In this document: positions 13,801 to 27,475 of the stretch, one piece after another
Position numbering within the stretch: position 1 is the stretch's first letter
How the letters are laid out: each line of letters starts with the position of its first letter
NCBI GenBank assembly: GCA_965644265.1
Contig: OZ286459.1
Span: 160,456,001-160,519,879 of the forward strand
DNA length: 63,879 nucleotides
Direction of reading: 5' to 3'
DNA from: Glycera tridactyla
Taxonomy: Eukaryota
The notes under the pieces: generated by a model
Database searches by the model: none
Told to the model about the DNA's origin: nothing
What the model saw: only the letters and a program-made list of their open reading frames with translations
Position numbers and translations under genes: made by a program

Positions 13801-15396
13801 GAGGAGCGTTTAATCACATCCTTAGAAATTGTTAGATTTTTGAGAATGTAATGCATTGGCATGGGTCTCCACATATGTGCCATACATATCTGAATATGTC
13901 AGCACATACTACTGTTTGATCAAAGCAAATGGTCATATGGCGGATCTATGATAGGTCAAGATGTTGAGAGTCATACAAGTATACCAATACACCACTTAAA
14001 AGTCCACTTAGTGGTCTCTTAACATCACGGGTGATGTATACACTATACAACACACCTTCTCAATAGACCCTGGACAGGAATCTGTACCTTTTGAAAAAAT
14101 AAATAGATAATAATGTGTGAGACTCTGACAAACCTGCAATAAATGCTATCAAATCTAATGAGCATCCACCCACTTCTCATCAAACATCATACCAAGAATA
14201 CATTATCTGTGTGAATCTGGTATTTGTACAATATCTGAAAAAGTTGAGTAATTTCTGGTTGATTGGTAGTGATAGCCCCAAAATCACACAGGAATGTATG
14301 TCTCTTAGCCATGACTCTGACATAGTCAACAACTCAACTATTCTCATCAAGGCACAATCAGCAACAGCATTCATTGAATTCAATCTGGTCTGCATGCAAC
14401 ACCAGTATAATCGATCATGAAGATACAAACTAGTATATAATTGAATAATGTGATATAAGGTGAATATGACAATAAAAGGGTCAGCATTACATGAAATATA
14501 ACATATTTTTTTGCTGCAGCAAAGCCTTTTTGCATTCATCATTGGCAAATATGCCATCTTAAATATAGAAATGGCAAGTGGATTATATATATTCAAAAGT
14601 TCCATTCAGATGATAGAAGTCCCATGAGGGCATCACCAATGACTTTCGACTTTCCTGATTCCATAGTTCATTCAATCATTCAACTATTGATATTAGTTCA
14701 CCAGACAGTCAACGCAATTGTAGCACATACATCAGTACTTAAATTGCACTGCTTTGTAAGATACTGTAACATTGATCCTGTTGTCATGAAAACTATGCTA
14801 GCAATGTGCAACATTAAATGTAATCATGTTTCACAACGAATATATCATGCTACGATACCAGTTTGAATCTTCCATAATACTGTAATCTTCATCAAAAATA
14901 TCATTTGACATCCATTTCAGCTAAGATGTTCTTAGGATTTATCCTACAACTTCTCAAATATATCACCTGAAACGAATGTGAAATACCAAAGAAATCACAC
15001 GTATCTTTGACCAGAGCAGTAGCAGCTATCTATGACGGTATCCAGAAATTGAAAAGGAATGACCATTTGAAAAGCAGGATTTCTAGAAGCAAATTGCTTT
15101 AATGAGAAGCAGACATATCTGTGTTAATTATTACTGAATGTCTATCCACTGAAGTGTAACATAAGTGTGGAATGCAGGCAAACCAGTGCATACTTCAGAC
15201 AATATCTGGATAATAACTGAATGCTTCAGCAGTTGAAGTTCCATAAGGTGCTATATTTGCGACCATTTTCATACTCGAATGAAAACCAATTCTTTAAATG
15301 TGATATCATTCACCAGATCCATCTTTATTCCTTTTGTTTCCTTCAAATCAAACAAAGCCAATAAAGATCTGGTTTCTTTGATTCGAACAGAAGCTA

Positions 15397-16467
15397 CAGT
15401 AAAACCTGTCTTAAGCGAAAAGTCACGGGACCAAATTTTTTTTTCGCTTAAGACAGGATCTCGTTGTACACAGGATTTTCACCAGAACGAAAATCCGTGA
15501 AGATAATCGAACGATTCACGACTTCTGTTCGTGGTTTGTCAGTCTCGTTCCGCACTGCTTGTCTTTCGTCTCGAATTTCTATAAGATATATTCGTTTGAG
15601 CGCTTAAATCTGCATAACAATCGATTCCTCGGCACTCAAACATGATAGATTGAATGATAAATCCTGAAAATACGACGAATATCGCTGGTAAATCCATGAT
15701 GAAGACAAGTGTTGTGAAGCGCCATTTGCCGATTTTTGGGCCTCCTTCTCGGAGTCTGGATCCCGGCTTTCCCGGCCTACTACGTAATCACTTCTTGTGG
15801 TAATTCCAGCGAAACCCCCAAATCGTCATCAACATTTGTTGCGCGGATGGAGATTCTGGCCTACTACATCATCATTTCTTGTGGAACCTCGAGAAAATGC
15901 AAATTTGCATAATTTATCCGGGGTTCCCCTCTCATTTGAGGATGCCAGCCTCGTGATCATAATAATGGCGCAAACATCGCAGTTGAAGCCAGCCTTCTGT
16001 CTTTATTGCGAAATACATGCAAATTCGGCTTTTGCACGTGATATCCGTGACGGAGATCGCCTCGACATGGATTGTACCAGCGAAAACCGTGAACGAAGTC
16101 ATCGCACCTCGAGATTAGCGAGCAGAACGCTGTAGAATTGCTCACTAGTGAGTTGATGTCAACTTCGCTTTTCGCGCGAATCTAGACTTGCTCACATTAT
16201 CGGAGACGGGGGGAGCCGGGGGGAGCCAGGGGAGTTGCGAAAACCGTGAACGAAGTCATCGCACTTTGAGGGGGGGAGCAGCGCTTCTCGCTTGATACAG
16301 GTTGGTGGGCCCCGCGGGACCGAAAATGGCGTTCCGTTGTTCGCGTTAGACAGGTTTTCGCTTAATACAGGTCAATTATAGTGAAAAAACGTTCGGGCGG
16401 ACCTTGGGGTATGCGCTTAAGACAGGATTTCGCCTAGCACAGGATTACGCTCGAGCAGGTTCTACTG
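15397..16467. mobile_element. Non-autonomous Tc1/mariner (pogo/Tigger-like) DNA transposon, about 1.07 kb
   Basis: The ends are TA|CAGTAAAACCTGTC and GCAGGTTCTACTG|TA, with TA on both sides. Subterminal CTTAAGACAGG motifs occur in both arms. The interior is GC/CpG-rich with an internal direct repeat (cgaaaaccgtgaacgaagtcatcgcac at ~16081 and ~16238). Both arms match the short copy at 39287-39463. No transposase was recognised. Confidence 0.75.
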
Positions 16468-17170
16468 TATAATGATCTGGATAAATATCAGCAATCTTAC
16501 AACTTGATCTATTTGAACCACATTATTATGTCCAGTGGATCAAGCAATGGAATGATCCGAAACTTGTTTGAGCATGAAGTGAATACAACAGAAGATTTCA
16601 ATTTGTTCATTCTGAAGATGCAGCTGTCACTTCATCAAAATATGGTGGTCAAAGTCTGTTGGACAGCATTTACATTAATGTTAGCAATAATCAAAATATA
16701 AACACTGCAAAAAAATGCAAATGTCAACTAGAACCACTAACAAATTGGCTTTTAAATCATGCATTGCAAATAAAGAAATATCAATGAAGCTGAAAAGAAA
16801 GAATGGAAAGAAAATTGATAAAAAAATATTGATCAGGAAGGACTGCTTAGATGAAGATTTCATCATGTCCCAAGTGCTCCAAAAATTTGATCCACCCCTT
16901 TGACGAATGACTCAAGACAGAATTTTGAGGTATTGAATTGAATTGAAATAACTTTTATCTATACTCGCCAACAAGAGGTATAAACAAAAATACCCACTAC
17001 TCACATGATCTGTTGCCACCTAGTTTGCAAACTATTCATCAAATTAGAAACCAAATATGAATTTTAACATTGACTCTTGTCGATATCTAAACATGGATAC
17101 AGTGACCTTCCTCCGTCGTCTCCATGCTGATGACATCACCATCCCGCATGATACAACTGGTGTGTATTTG

Positions 17171-17172
<2 letters not shown>

Positions 17173-17220
<48 letters not shown>

Positions 17221-17226
17221 GTGTGC
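17173..17226. repeat. (GT)n microsatellite abutting a SINE tail
   Basis: A directly visible (GT)n run with a few interruptions. Confidence 0.95.
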
Positions 17227-17227
17227 A

Positions 17228-17385
17228 TGTTTGTTTGTTTGGGTTTAACCTCCTTTCAACCACCTTGGGTTATATTGGACTGAAAAACTAAAAATGCTGA
17301 AGAAAAGAGGCACTGCTGCCGGGGGCTGTCCCTACTCTTTGCGAGAGACAGCAGTGGTTCTTCTATGTGCATACAGGAACAGACT
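17228..17385 (-). mobile_element. SINE remnant with Nin/Deu-like central domain
   Basis: The minus strand reads GCACATAGAAGAACCACTGCTGTCTCTCGCAAAGAGTAGGGACAGCCCCCGG, resembling the Deu/Nin SINE core (GCACGTAAAAGAACCC...AAAGAGTAGGGG...CCCCGG, recalled rather than aligned). It ends GGTTAAACCCAAACAAAC. A homologous copy lies at 61811-61955. Confidence 0.55.
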
Positions 17386-17424
17386 CATATATACACAGCC
17401 AGCCTTTGACATCCCAGTCGGCAT

Positions 17425-17509
17425 GTTTTGTTTGTTTGAGGTTTAACGGCATGTATCAACCCTGGGGTCATGTATGCCGTGTGCTCCTGATCAATGAAAG
17501 CTCGATGTT
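17425..17509 (-). mobile_element. SINE-like 3' tail fragment (copy of 7802-7887)
   Basis: It is the reverse-complement match to 7802-7887 and has a (CAAA)n tail. Confidence 0.55.
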
Positions 17510-20500
17510 CTCTAGCCATTCTCGTGGGGTTAGGATCCAAAATCCGAGGCCAAGATTTGGCTCCTAGTGCCTTGCTTGTCTCACACGTAGACCCCTAACT
17601 TCTGGGTGACCTTCTATGACCCACAGATATGCAATATATCACTTTCACAAAGAACCAAATGACAAATGAGTATTTAGAGATGGAAATGATAAATGAACGT
17701 CAGGCACAAATGAGGCACCATTCTGAGCATACTTCTGATTCGTAGCGATATGAAAGTATGCTAAGCCACTTCACTAATAGGTACGAGGAGGTCTGCAAAA
17801 ATTGAATTACCGGTGTCCTTTGTATTTGATCCCTTTTGAAGGCACAATAGAAAATGGGAGAAAAAAATCTGATTATCACAGCAAAAAATCATGGAAGCAT
17901 TAATAAATCCGGTATTAAATCATTATGAAGCTTGGATTGATGTGAGTTGAATGGTGGTCAAATGCTGGATGAGATGCAGGAGGAGAAACAAAATGATGCA
18001 CGGAGGTGAGAGGAGCAACATGATCTTGACTATAATCACAATCACCCTGTAATCTCAGGAGTTGACAAAATCAGGTCAATATTGAGTTTCAAAAGAGAAA
18101 GCATCATACCAGGTGACAAGAAAGGTGTGGAAATACATGAATCATTCATGGAAGAAACAATAGGGAGAGATAGAGAGGGAAATAATGCTGGAGGGAGAGA
18201 GTGACTAGATGATCGATTGTTCTGTGACTATGAACAGACTCAAGAAAATGTGTCCAAAAAAAGACATAATTTTTGAAAGCACCAAGGAGATACAATGGGA
18301 AGAGTGAATTCCATGCAAGGACGAGTCACTTAACACTAAAGAAGATGCTTCCTCTCTCCACTGAAAACCACTTTATTAGCCCTATACAAGATCTGAATAA
18401 TCTCACTGCATGGCAAATTCCCACCAACTACCGACAGGTCTACCTCTCCTTTCAAGCCCTTAAATGCATCACCCACCCCTGAAGCCAGGATGCACTCATT
18501 TACCGCCATGTTAAGTCTTCTCTAAAACCCCTACCAAATATTGTGTCGGAAAAGAATGGGGACCCTGTTTCCACCGCAAAGTCTTACTAAATATCAGCGG
18601 CCAATAGCTGTAACTGAACAGGCTACTGGAGTGAATGAACTGTCACCACTATATCACTGAAAGATCTCGTATGTTCCCAGAAACATCCAAATTGTCCAGA
18701 TATCCCAGATATCCCAGGGAGGAAAATAGATCAACCATTGGAACAGATTATCTCAAAATGAAGAAGCTCCCAAATCTTCAGCTTGTCTTGTTCAACAGTA
18801 TCCTTACTATTAATATGAAATACTAGCTTCAAATCCACAAGAAATCAGACGATTTCTATAATTTGTGTATTCCAATGGTGTATCAGGAAACATCATTTCA
18901 TTCTCAATGTCATTCCAGAGAAATGTAATAACCTTCATGTCAATTAACACTAAAGACTGAACCTTACATGTGCATGAAACTCTGGCTCTGTAGTTTAACC
19001 CATCAAATTGCTCATGACTCCCATGGGATAACCTTACTATATGCTCTGAGCCAATAGGTACATCAATTCAGATAAATGCATATACAGCCATCCATAATGT
19101 GCCTAGTCATATAATCCTGACATCCCGTCTTCATATTTATTCCAATACATCTAATCCAGATTCAATCAAATATTCTGGCCAAGCAGATCTCTCTTATTCC
19201 CAGCGAGATGTCAACCTCTGAGGACCAAAAATAGTAATGATGGTAATCTTCAAGAGCAATAATGCCAGTCTGGATTTCCTGAATATAAACTTCAAAAAGA
19301 GTAATCATTACTTCATAAATCATAATGGTTGGCACCTCTGTGTTCATTACAAGCATGGCGTACATACAACCTGTGAAAGGGACTCATAGTGAACTGGTAA
19401 ACAGCAGGAAACTGGCAATACTGTCAAGGCGAAGGTCTCACGAAGACAACACCTATCCAATTCACTAGAAAGACTAATCATTACTAAAAGACAATGAGAT
19501 GCCAGTTACAAGTGACAGGCCAATCCCTGGAATAAACCTGTGAGATGTGAAATTGTACTGTACACAACAAGGCAAGATGCTGGAATTGGAGGGGTGTGGA
19601 ACAGCTGATTAACATACGGTGCTGAGGCATGGGCTTGGGCTTAAACAGGGGCCAATGAGAAGGGACGGGAGGAATGTGCAATCTATAAATAAACTTGATT
19701 GAAATAAATGATATACTGGTAACACCATGGGATCATTCCTGACACACACACGACGGGGAGTAAAATAAGTGAAACTGCATTGAAATGCATGTGTATAGTC
19801 AAGATAGGGAATAAATTTGTACCAGATCACTTCAATCACTGATACCATATTTGTTTCCACCAGAATATGAACATCATTATCTGCTTAAAACTGAATTCAA
19901 TCTTTTTGAGTAAAACAAATAGTGTCATCCAGAATGACCTTGTTGAATAGTTCCCATCATAGCTGAAAGTGCTTATCTCAATGTAACAATGAAGCATGTG
20001 TCACTGAGATAGGCACTTCATCACAGAGTTTACCCTCTAAATTGAAGTAAAGGTACGATGGCAACACCAAATTAGTGAAAGCCTGAATGATAAAACATAT
20101 CTTGGAGGAAGTGTGTAAGACCATTCAGCCAATATCAGCTCTGAATACATGGTTAAATTCCCTGTTAAGGCTTCATATCAAGGCTTCATATTAGTCTCCT
20201 TGGTTGATGGGAAACTGGGAAACTATTAAGATATTCTTCCAGCAGCATTAATACCGTTCAGTCATGTCACAACTTCAATAATATGAGTTATACTATGACT
20301 GAATGCGACTGTAATCAAACTGATGACTGGCTGGAGGGGTGGCGGATAGGCCAGCAGAGTGGAGTAAGGACCATTATTGGTGAGAGTGAGCCCCCTCAAG
20401 CTGGGAACTAGTCGGCAGGAAAACAAAGCAAAGTTCAGATAAGCATTCACAATTAGATGGCTTAACTGCGATAAAAATGTAACAGCACAGGCCCTACCAA

Positions 20501-23500
20501 ACAGTGCTGTTGGATACGGCCAACCAAACCCGGGAAAACACACTGCACCTGACACCATTCAATGGCTAAAATATCTAGTCACCATTACATTAATAAAACA
20601 CATCTGTGCGGCAAACGGACCACAGTGGAAACTTATTCTTGAATGTTACCTTATAGGAGTTGGACTAGTGCTGGCACGCTTTAGTCTAGATCTAGGTAGG
20701 ACCTAGATAAACAAAACAAGAAACTTGATGGTTGAAGATTCACATGCTCAATCAGTCAACTCAAACATGCATGCATAATGAAGTGATGTCAGCAACAGTC
20801 ATTCTCATTGGTCAAATGAGATCATGTGACAAACACAAAATGGATGCTTGAACCATGTGACTCCAGATGTGCGCTATGATTGGCTGGAAGAATGTGCAAA
20901 TATAAACAGAATTGCCAATAACTGAAACAACCAAACATGGATGCAAATCAATATGAACTTACTACCACCTAGTCATCCACATACACTAAGAAAGCAGGGA
21001 ATTGGATTCAGCCTTAGTGCTCAGCTGATACTTTACCCATATGACTATGGGGGAAAACAGCAGCCAGTCAGCTGATTTTTTGCAGATTAGTTCTTATCAA
21101 TCTCCAATAATTCGTAATGTGAGCAATCAGAATGTGCATTGTGCTGGTCTGTTGTTGTCCTGAATCATAATGGTCAAGTCAGCTGACAAAATACCGGTAG
21201 AGTTGAGTGAGGATTTATTAACCCCAATCACAAATATTCCATAGAATGAAAGTCCCATTGGGTGTATTAGTACAGTATACATACTATTGTAATCAGAATA
21301 TACAGATACCATCACGGCTGAAGGACTGATATAAAGCATGTCCATTTTTTTCTGATCAGTTTGGATGGAAATTAACTGACGGCACGAGTGTTGTTATATA
21401 GGAAGCTGTGATCACTCACAAAGACGATATCTGTTAGGATTTCCTAAAAGCAGATAAGTTTGGCCGCAAAAGCCAGGATTGATGCTGAGCCAAACAATCA
21501 CCAATATGAGCAGAGATTCCACAGGTGTTTATGACCAGTAGATGGGTGACCTGAATAAGCTTCTTATCCCAGATTATATTCTAAATCCTGTTTGTATTAT
21601 CCAATATGATCAGTCACATGTTACTCTCCAAATGAAAGTTCGATACATGAGATATTGATACAGCCCAGAAATCCATCCAATTGTGTGCGCTACTGCTCAT
21701 ATAGCAACATATTGACTGATCATACGGGATAATTATTGCCGGAGAACTAAATCAGTGTTACGCCGAATATACTGATGGAAGATTATACTGGTAGTCCTAC
21801 ATGTCTGAGTTATTCTAAGAGTAAGGAGAGCCCCACGGCGGTACACTAAGCTTGTGACTATACTAAGGTATGAGGATGATGATGGTCGGTAGTGTGAACG
21901 AACCCGGAATTAACTATACTCCATCAAACTAAAACTAGAGAAAGGCAAAGAATTCCACTTAACTCACTGGTGTACAGAGCTCAATACGAAACACATCATC
22001 CTGATCACCACGCTCATTTTGTTGTGAGGGAGTCACATCGCTGTGCTTTTATCACATGGGTGCGACATTTTCAGTGAAGTATCAGGTGTGGAGTATCACA
22101 TGAGATACTTGACAGCTGGGTGGGACCGACTTTTTGATAATTTCTCTCCTAATTCATGTGATAAAAGCAACATGAGGTGAAAAGGCAGACCTCGTGACAT
22201 TCAGTAGAATTCACACCTTGTTTGGTATTGTGTATTCACCTCACAGCCATATACTTGCTATAATATCTTGGCCTGATCAGATGTGAGATATTTCGTTCAA
22301 TAATGCATTGAGCTGCCCAAGGGAGCAGGAATCAAAATATGTGAAAACGTCGTCAGAATGCAAAGACCACAAAAAGGCAAGTAAGTGGTGTAAACAGGCA
22401 CTTGATTTCTTGAGACAGCTTAGGACTATGCATATTTCAATACATTTGTCAAAAATAACCAGCTAGACCATGGTTTCTCCCAATATCGAGACCTCATTCC
22501 AAGTGTTTTCAAGTGAATTATGAAGTGGCATCATAGCTAAATGAAGTACCCCAATTTTGTGTCTTAGTGAACACCTTGGTGTGGTTTTTATTTTCCTATA
22601 ACACCAGTGAGTTGAATGGATTTATTGACACTCATAGTATTAGCTGATGGAATGTAGGTCGACACACAGGTACGAAGCTTCACAAGGAGTCTAACTCAAG
22701 AGAACCCAGTGTATTCTACTCAACACAGATGCATTGCTACGGGGAGAGAGTGCAAATGAATGCTTTACCATCACTACACAGGACAGTCGCACATGAACGC
22801 TAAGAAGTAAGAAACAAGTGTGGAAATCGGCGTTTCATCTCCTGGAAAATGTAAGAAAAGATGTCCGGATATTCAAAGTGAAGTGTGTGTAGCTAGCTGC
22901 AAGGAGAAGGGATATTAAGATACAGAAAAAGGAGGTAATTATGTAATAAAAGATTGGCAAGAAAACCAATGAAAAACAGGCAATGAAATGAAATGAAGAA
23001 GATGAAACTGAGATCCTATTTTTGATGATGAATGAAGAGAAGAGAATTGTTGATAGGTGATGCTAGGATGATGTATAAGAATAGCTCATATTCATAGGAT
23101 GGTTCCTTCATGGAAAGCACATTTCATGATCCAAACATACATCATTATGAGCGAGAGGAAGCCCTTCAGAGTGACGGCAATGAATATCAATGGAAATGAA
23201 ATGAGATATTGACTATTCATTCCTCTAATTTCATAGGCTGTGACTAATACATTCGTGGTATAAGAGCAAGAAATCATGTGGCATGAAACAAATTGAAGAA
23301 TTTCACTGGGTTTCTAGCAGAGTGATTTCTCCCAGCTGAATGCCTGATGTAGTGGACCTCAGGAATAGATCAATCAATCCTGATTACTAGATTTGATCTC
23401 ACAACTGCTTTGAGTCAGTGGTACATCAAACCATTGCATCTTTAAATTTTATTTGAAAGGTATTTCCTTTCAATGAATCTCAGAGTACCATTGAATAAAT

Positions 23501-23980
23501 AAAAGGAGGTATATTGGTAGATTGGTCAATGCCACATTTGGAATTTGGAAATTATTCTGAATTTGATGCCACTTTTTGGAAAGCCTTTCATATCAAATGA
23601 GACATAAACAGTACCAGATTTCAATGAGATCAGGTGTTCATAGAAATTTATATAAAAAGCATCTTAAACATACAATGACAAAAAGGAATAGAAATAAAAT
23701 ATTCAAACAATGCCACAAGTATACAACCATCCTATTGTTTTATAAAGTAGTACATCTAAAAAGTGTTACTTAGTCTTCTTATCAGTCAACCATGAACAGG
23801 TCAAAGTTCAACTTCTTCCATGACAGAGATCACAATCCAGCATCAGGATATGATGAGACGGCCAACCTACCTGACTGAATGTTATAGATACCTATCATAT
23901 CATGTATTACCCGGTCATATCAATGATTAGAAAGCTGATGGTGATTTTTAGGGCTGTCTATCATCGCAAGTTTCACGGTG

Positions 23981-24045
23981 CACACACACACACACACACA
24001 CACATGCACGCACACACATACACACACATACACACACACACACAC
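23981..24045. repeat. (CA)n microsatellite
   Basis: A directly visible, interrupted (CA)n run. Confidence 0.95.
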
Positions 24046-27000
24046 TGAATATTGTGATGAAGACTGTTTGACACGAGATGGCAGTAGTTACTCATTGATA
24101 TCGATAAACTCTTTCTGCCAGAAATATCGACAGAATGAAGGCTGAACAAAGTTGATCACAACAATGAGTGAGTTGTTTACCAAATAGCTCTATTCTTGTG
24201 CTTAGCTTGCAACAAACTGCCACCTGGTGGATGTGTGTAGAATGAATCAAAAGTGACATCGACACAATAGATACTCAATTACACCACTGTAATGTGTGAG
24301 ATCTTCAAATGTACTAGATTTCATGCTATTCGGCAGATGAAACAAGGATGATGAAATTCATACTGGTATATCTATACATGTATATCATATTGGGAAATGA
24401 AAACTAAGAACAGCAGCAGCATTTGCAAGAGATTTTATGATACATCACATTCATTCATCAATTATCAGCAACTATCTTTCAAATATTAAAAGTCCACATA
24501 ATTCACTCAGTGCTCTATATAAGCAATAAGTCCTGTCATACTAAAAGCAACAATCACCAACTATTTCACACTAATACTGTGACATAGAGCAGCATACAAG
24601 CAGGGCAAAGCAGTTACAATTGACTCTTTCTCAAAGTTTGAAATGCCATTCTACATATCATTCTACATATCATCACAGATAATACTTTTACAGACTGTTT
24701 CATTTTTGTTTGTCTTTATTTACCCAGGGTAATTTATGACAGGTTCAATTATTGATACCTGAATCTGATCTCGGATGCCAGCCTGACAGTAAAGTAGTCC
24801 CATTCATGAAGCTCAGACAAGTCGTGTCTTCTGGATCCAAACCATGTCATCATGAAACTAACAATAATTCAGGTATATTTACTCGTGTAAATAACAGAAT
24901 AATAAGAATATCTCAAAAAGGTTCACCAGATCAAATACCTATCAGTCATGGCTACCGATGTTACAGCATAGAAACAGTTTAATCAGGGATGGTATACATC
25001 ACCCAACCCATCCATGCATAAATTTGCATTAATGAGCCTGGAATAGACACCATATTAAAATTCTGAAATATGTTTGAATTTCTCAAAATATCTCTGCATT
25101 TATTCATGAAAGCATCTCTCTTGAAATATCCTGCCAGGCTGCTGCAAATCCTCAAATTCAATTTTTCATCTACTATTTGGAATTCCAAATGTTCTTGAGA
25201 GATTGGTAACACGGGTTGGTGCAGATGATTTCTATGTTGCCATTTCTGGAGCCACCTGGCATACTGGCAATCATATCCAACAAGCAATCGTTATAGTTCA
25301 TTTGTAACCAAAGCCTGTTATGTTTCACAGCAAAATGCATCAATTACACAATGTGTATGTATAAGTTGTTAGATGTGGTAAGCTGCATGCAGGAACAAGC
25401 AATTCTAGAGCATGTATGGTGTGGGGGGGGGGGGGAGCATGGGTGTCAGATGCAACTGGGTTAAGTTGTGTACGACCAGGTACCGTATATTCTCCCAGGC
25501 CTACAAACTCTTCTCGCTGAGACCACAAACTCTGATGAAGGATATGGGAAGAGTCAACACTAAATCACATGGAATAAGCAAAGAATTTTCACAAAAATAA
25601 AACTGGCCACTTTATCTTGTTCATCCTGTCCATTCTCTAGTCAGTGATAAAAAGGGTAACCATAGATATTTTCAAGCTCTGGTTTTTTCATGCAGCATTT
25701 TCAGTGATAAAATATTCATGTTGAATCCTGGTTTTGGCAGTCTCCACTAGAATCCATCTAATTTGGAAGAACTTAAAGTTATATTATGTCCTTGCATAAT
25801 TTAACCATCCAGATTTCTTTCAGCATGTTTACCCCACATGTTTCATTTTGGACCAACATGACTGTTTGGAAAGAATTAATGCTCACTTGATAAAATCACA
25901 AAACCCCAAAATGTGTGCATACTGGGCGGAGCAAGAAAAGTAGCTGTTTCCCATGTTCTGCTGGATCAGAAATGATCAACCACCGCCCTCATTAACTTCC
26001 AGTTTTAACTGATATCAAAATATCGCTGCGGAATGTGAGTCAAGTCTGCAGCTAATACATAGGAGGACTGCCATTGGCTGTCCAGGGAGTACATCAGGTC
26101 ATAGTCCATTTTCTTCAGGTAGCAGCAGTTCCATGTCATTAAGCTAACACAAATTATGATGATACATTCCAATGGTCCTATCACACAAGCTGAGAAATTA
26201 TCAATGTAAATTCCATTGAACCCTATCTGAGCCAACCGAGAGTAATCAAGCAGCAAAGTATCAAGAGTGACAAACGCAGCATTCATACATCCGTCAGTGC
26301 ATACAGCAAGCGTGTAATGACAAGCAGAATTAGTGAAGCATGACACATAAGCTCAATTCAAAATATCTCCAACTCAGCTGAGATGAGAAGAAAAAATGTC
26401 CTTCTTTTCGACAAGAGATTCTCAGTTTTGACCTCAAACTGCAGCTTCAAATGATTGTATTAGGAAAGTTTTGTCTGAGTGAAAGCAGACATTGGGCTGA
26501 TTGTGCAATGCACAAACTCACAATCATGTTTCTTTGATATTCAGGCCGATATTCTTTTGATTATGTTTCACATCTCCTTATTGAGGAAAGCATCCTTCAG
26601 AAAAACCTTTCAAGGAGAGGTGGGAGTGGTTTCTCATGCGCGCTTCTGTGACTTATCTTGATTTTTTGGTAAAGTAATTGGGCATCAAGATTTTCTCCAT
26701 GAATTCCATCCCAAAACCGATCTGGCCATTCAATATCTTCTCTAACAAAAACTGGCAGATCATGAGTACTGACTCAGTGAAATAGTTCTTTGAACACCAA
26801 GATAAAAATGGCACTAGATAAATGTAAACATGTTGTTTGATAATGAAGAGAGGTTGTGAACACTGACATGAGAATTGTGAGCTTTTGGATGCTATGGGGG
26901 AACATTTCTAGGTGAATAATCAATCAAAACATAGCCTATAACTGTCCTTTCTGGCTATCAATATTACACGTTTGTGTGTGAACTGAAGAACACAAGTGAG

Positions 27001-27107
27001 TAGTAAAATCTCATCTCAGCCGTTAGCTGCCACATATAACAGAATAAATCATGCAATGTCCCATGCGTGGTAAGCGGTCAGGCCATGCAGGATGCATGGG
27101 CAGGGTG

Positions 27108-27239
27108 TCAGTGAAGGCGTGAGAAGGACGAAGACGAGTAAGACCGTGCCGAGGCGGGACGCAAGGGTGAGTAATACAGCCGAGTCAGCGAATTATGCGA
27201 CCTCCGGTAAAGGTCGGAAGCAGAAGAATAACGACTCAC
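27108..27239 (-). CDS. KANK: Possible read-through extension of the last ankyrin exon ([43 protein letters not shown])
   Basis: The frame stays open for 43 codons past the GTGAGT donor to TGA at 27110-27108. The segment is GC/CpG-rich like the coding exons and unlike the nearby intron. Confidence 0.5.
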   Translation of the reverse strand: MSRYSSASDLYRRSHNSLTRLYYSPLRPASARSYSSSSFSRLH

Positions 27240-27338
27240 AGGGGAGGTTGCTGATTTAAAGTTGACATGGGCGTAAAGAAGAACACCGACGTCACGATGT
27301 CCCGCTTCCATGGCGACTGACATCGCTGTGCTGCCATC
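27240..27338 (-). CDS. KANK: KANK exon: last ankyrin repeat ([33 protein letters not shown])
   Basis: The acceptor gtgatgtttcag|GAT is phase 0 and the donor CCT|GTGAGT follows 27240; the exon is 99 nt. The sequence closely parallels the end of the vertebrate KANK1 ankyrin domain ([27 protein letters not shown]...SP). Confidence 0.92.
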
Positions 27339-27475
27339 CTGAAACATCACAACACAAATACAGTAAGTCGTATACTGTTGAATAGGGATAATGCATCACA
27401 AGCAGGGATGAGAATACACAAATGCATGCACGCACGCATGCACCTGAAGAAACAAAATATAACGGAATATGCCTA

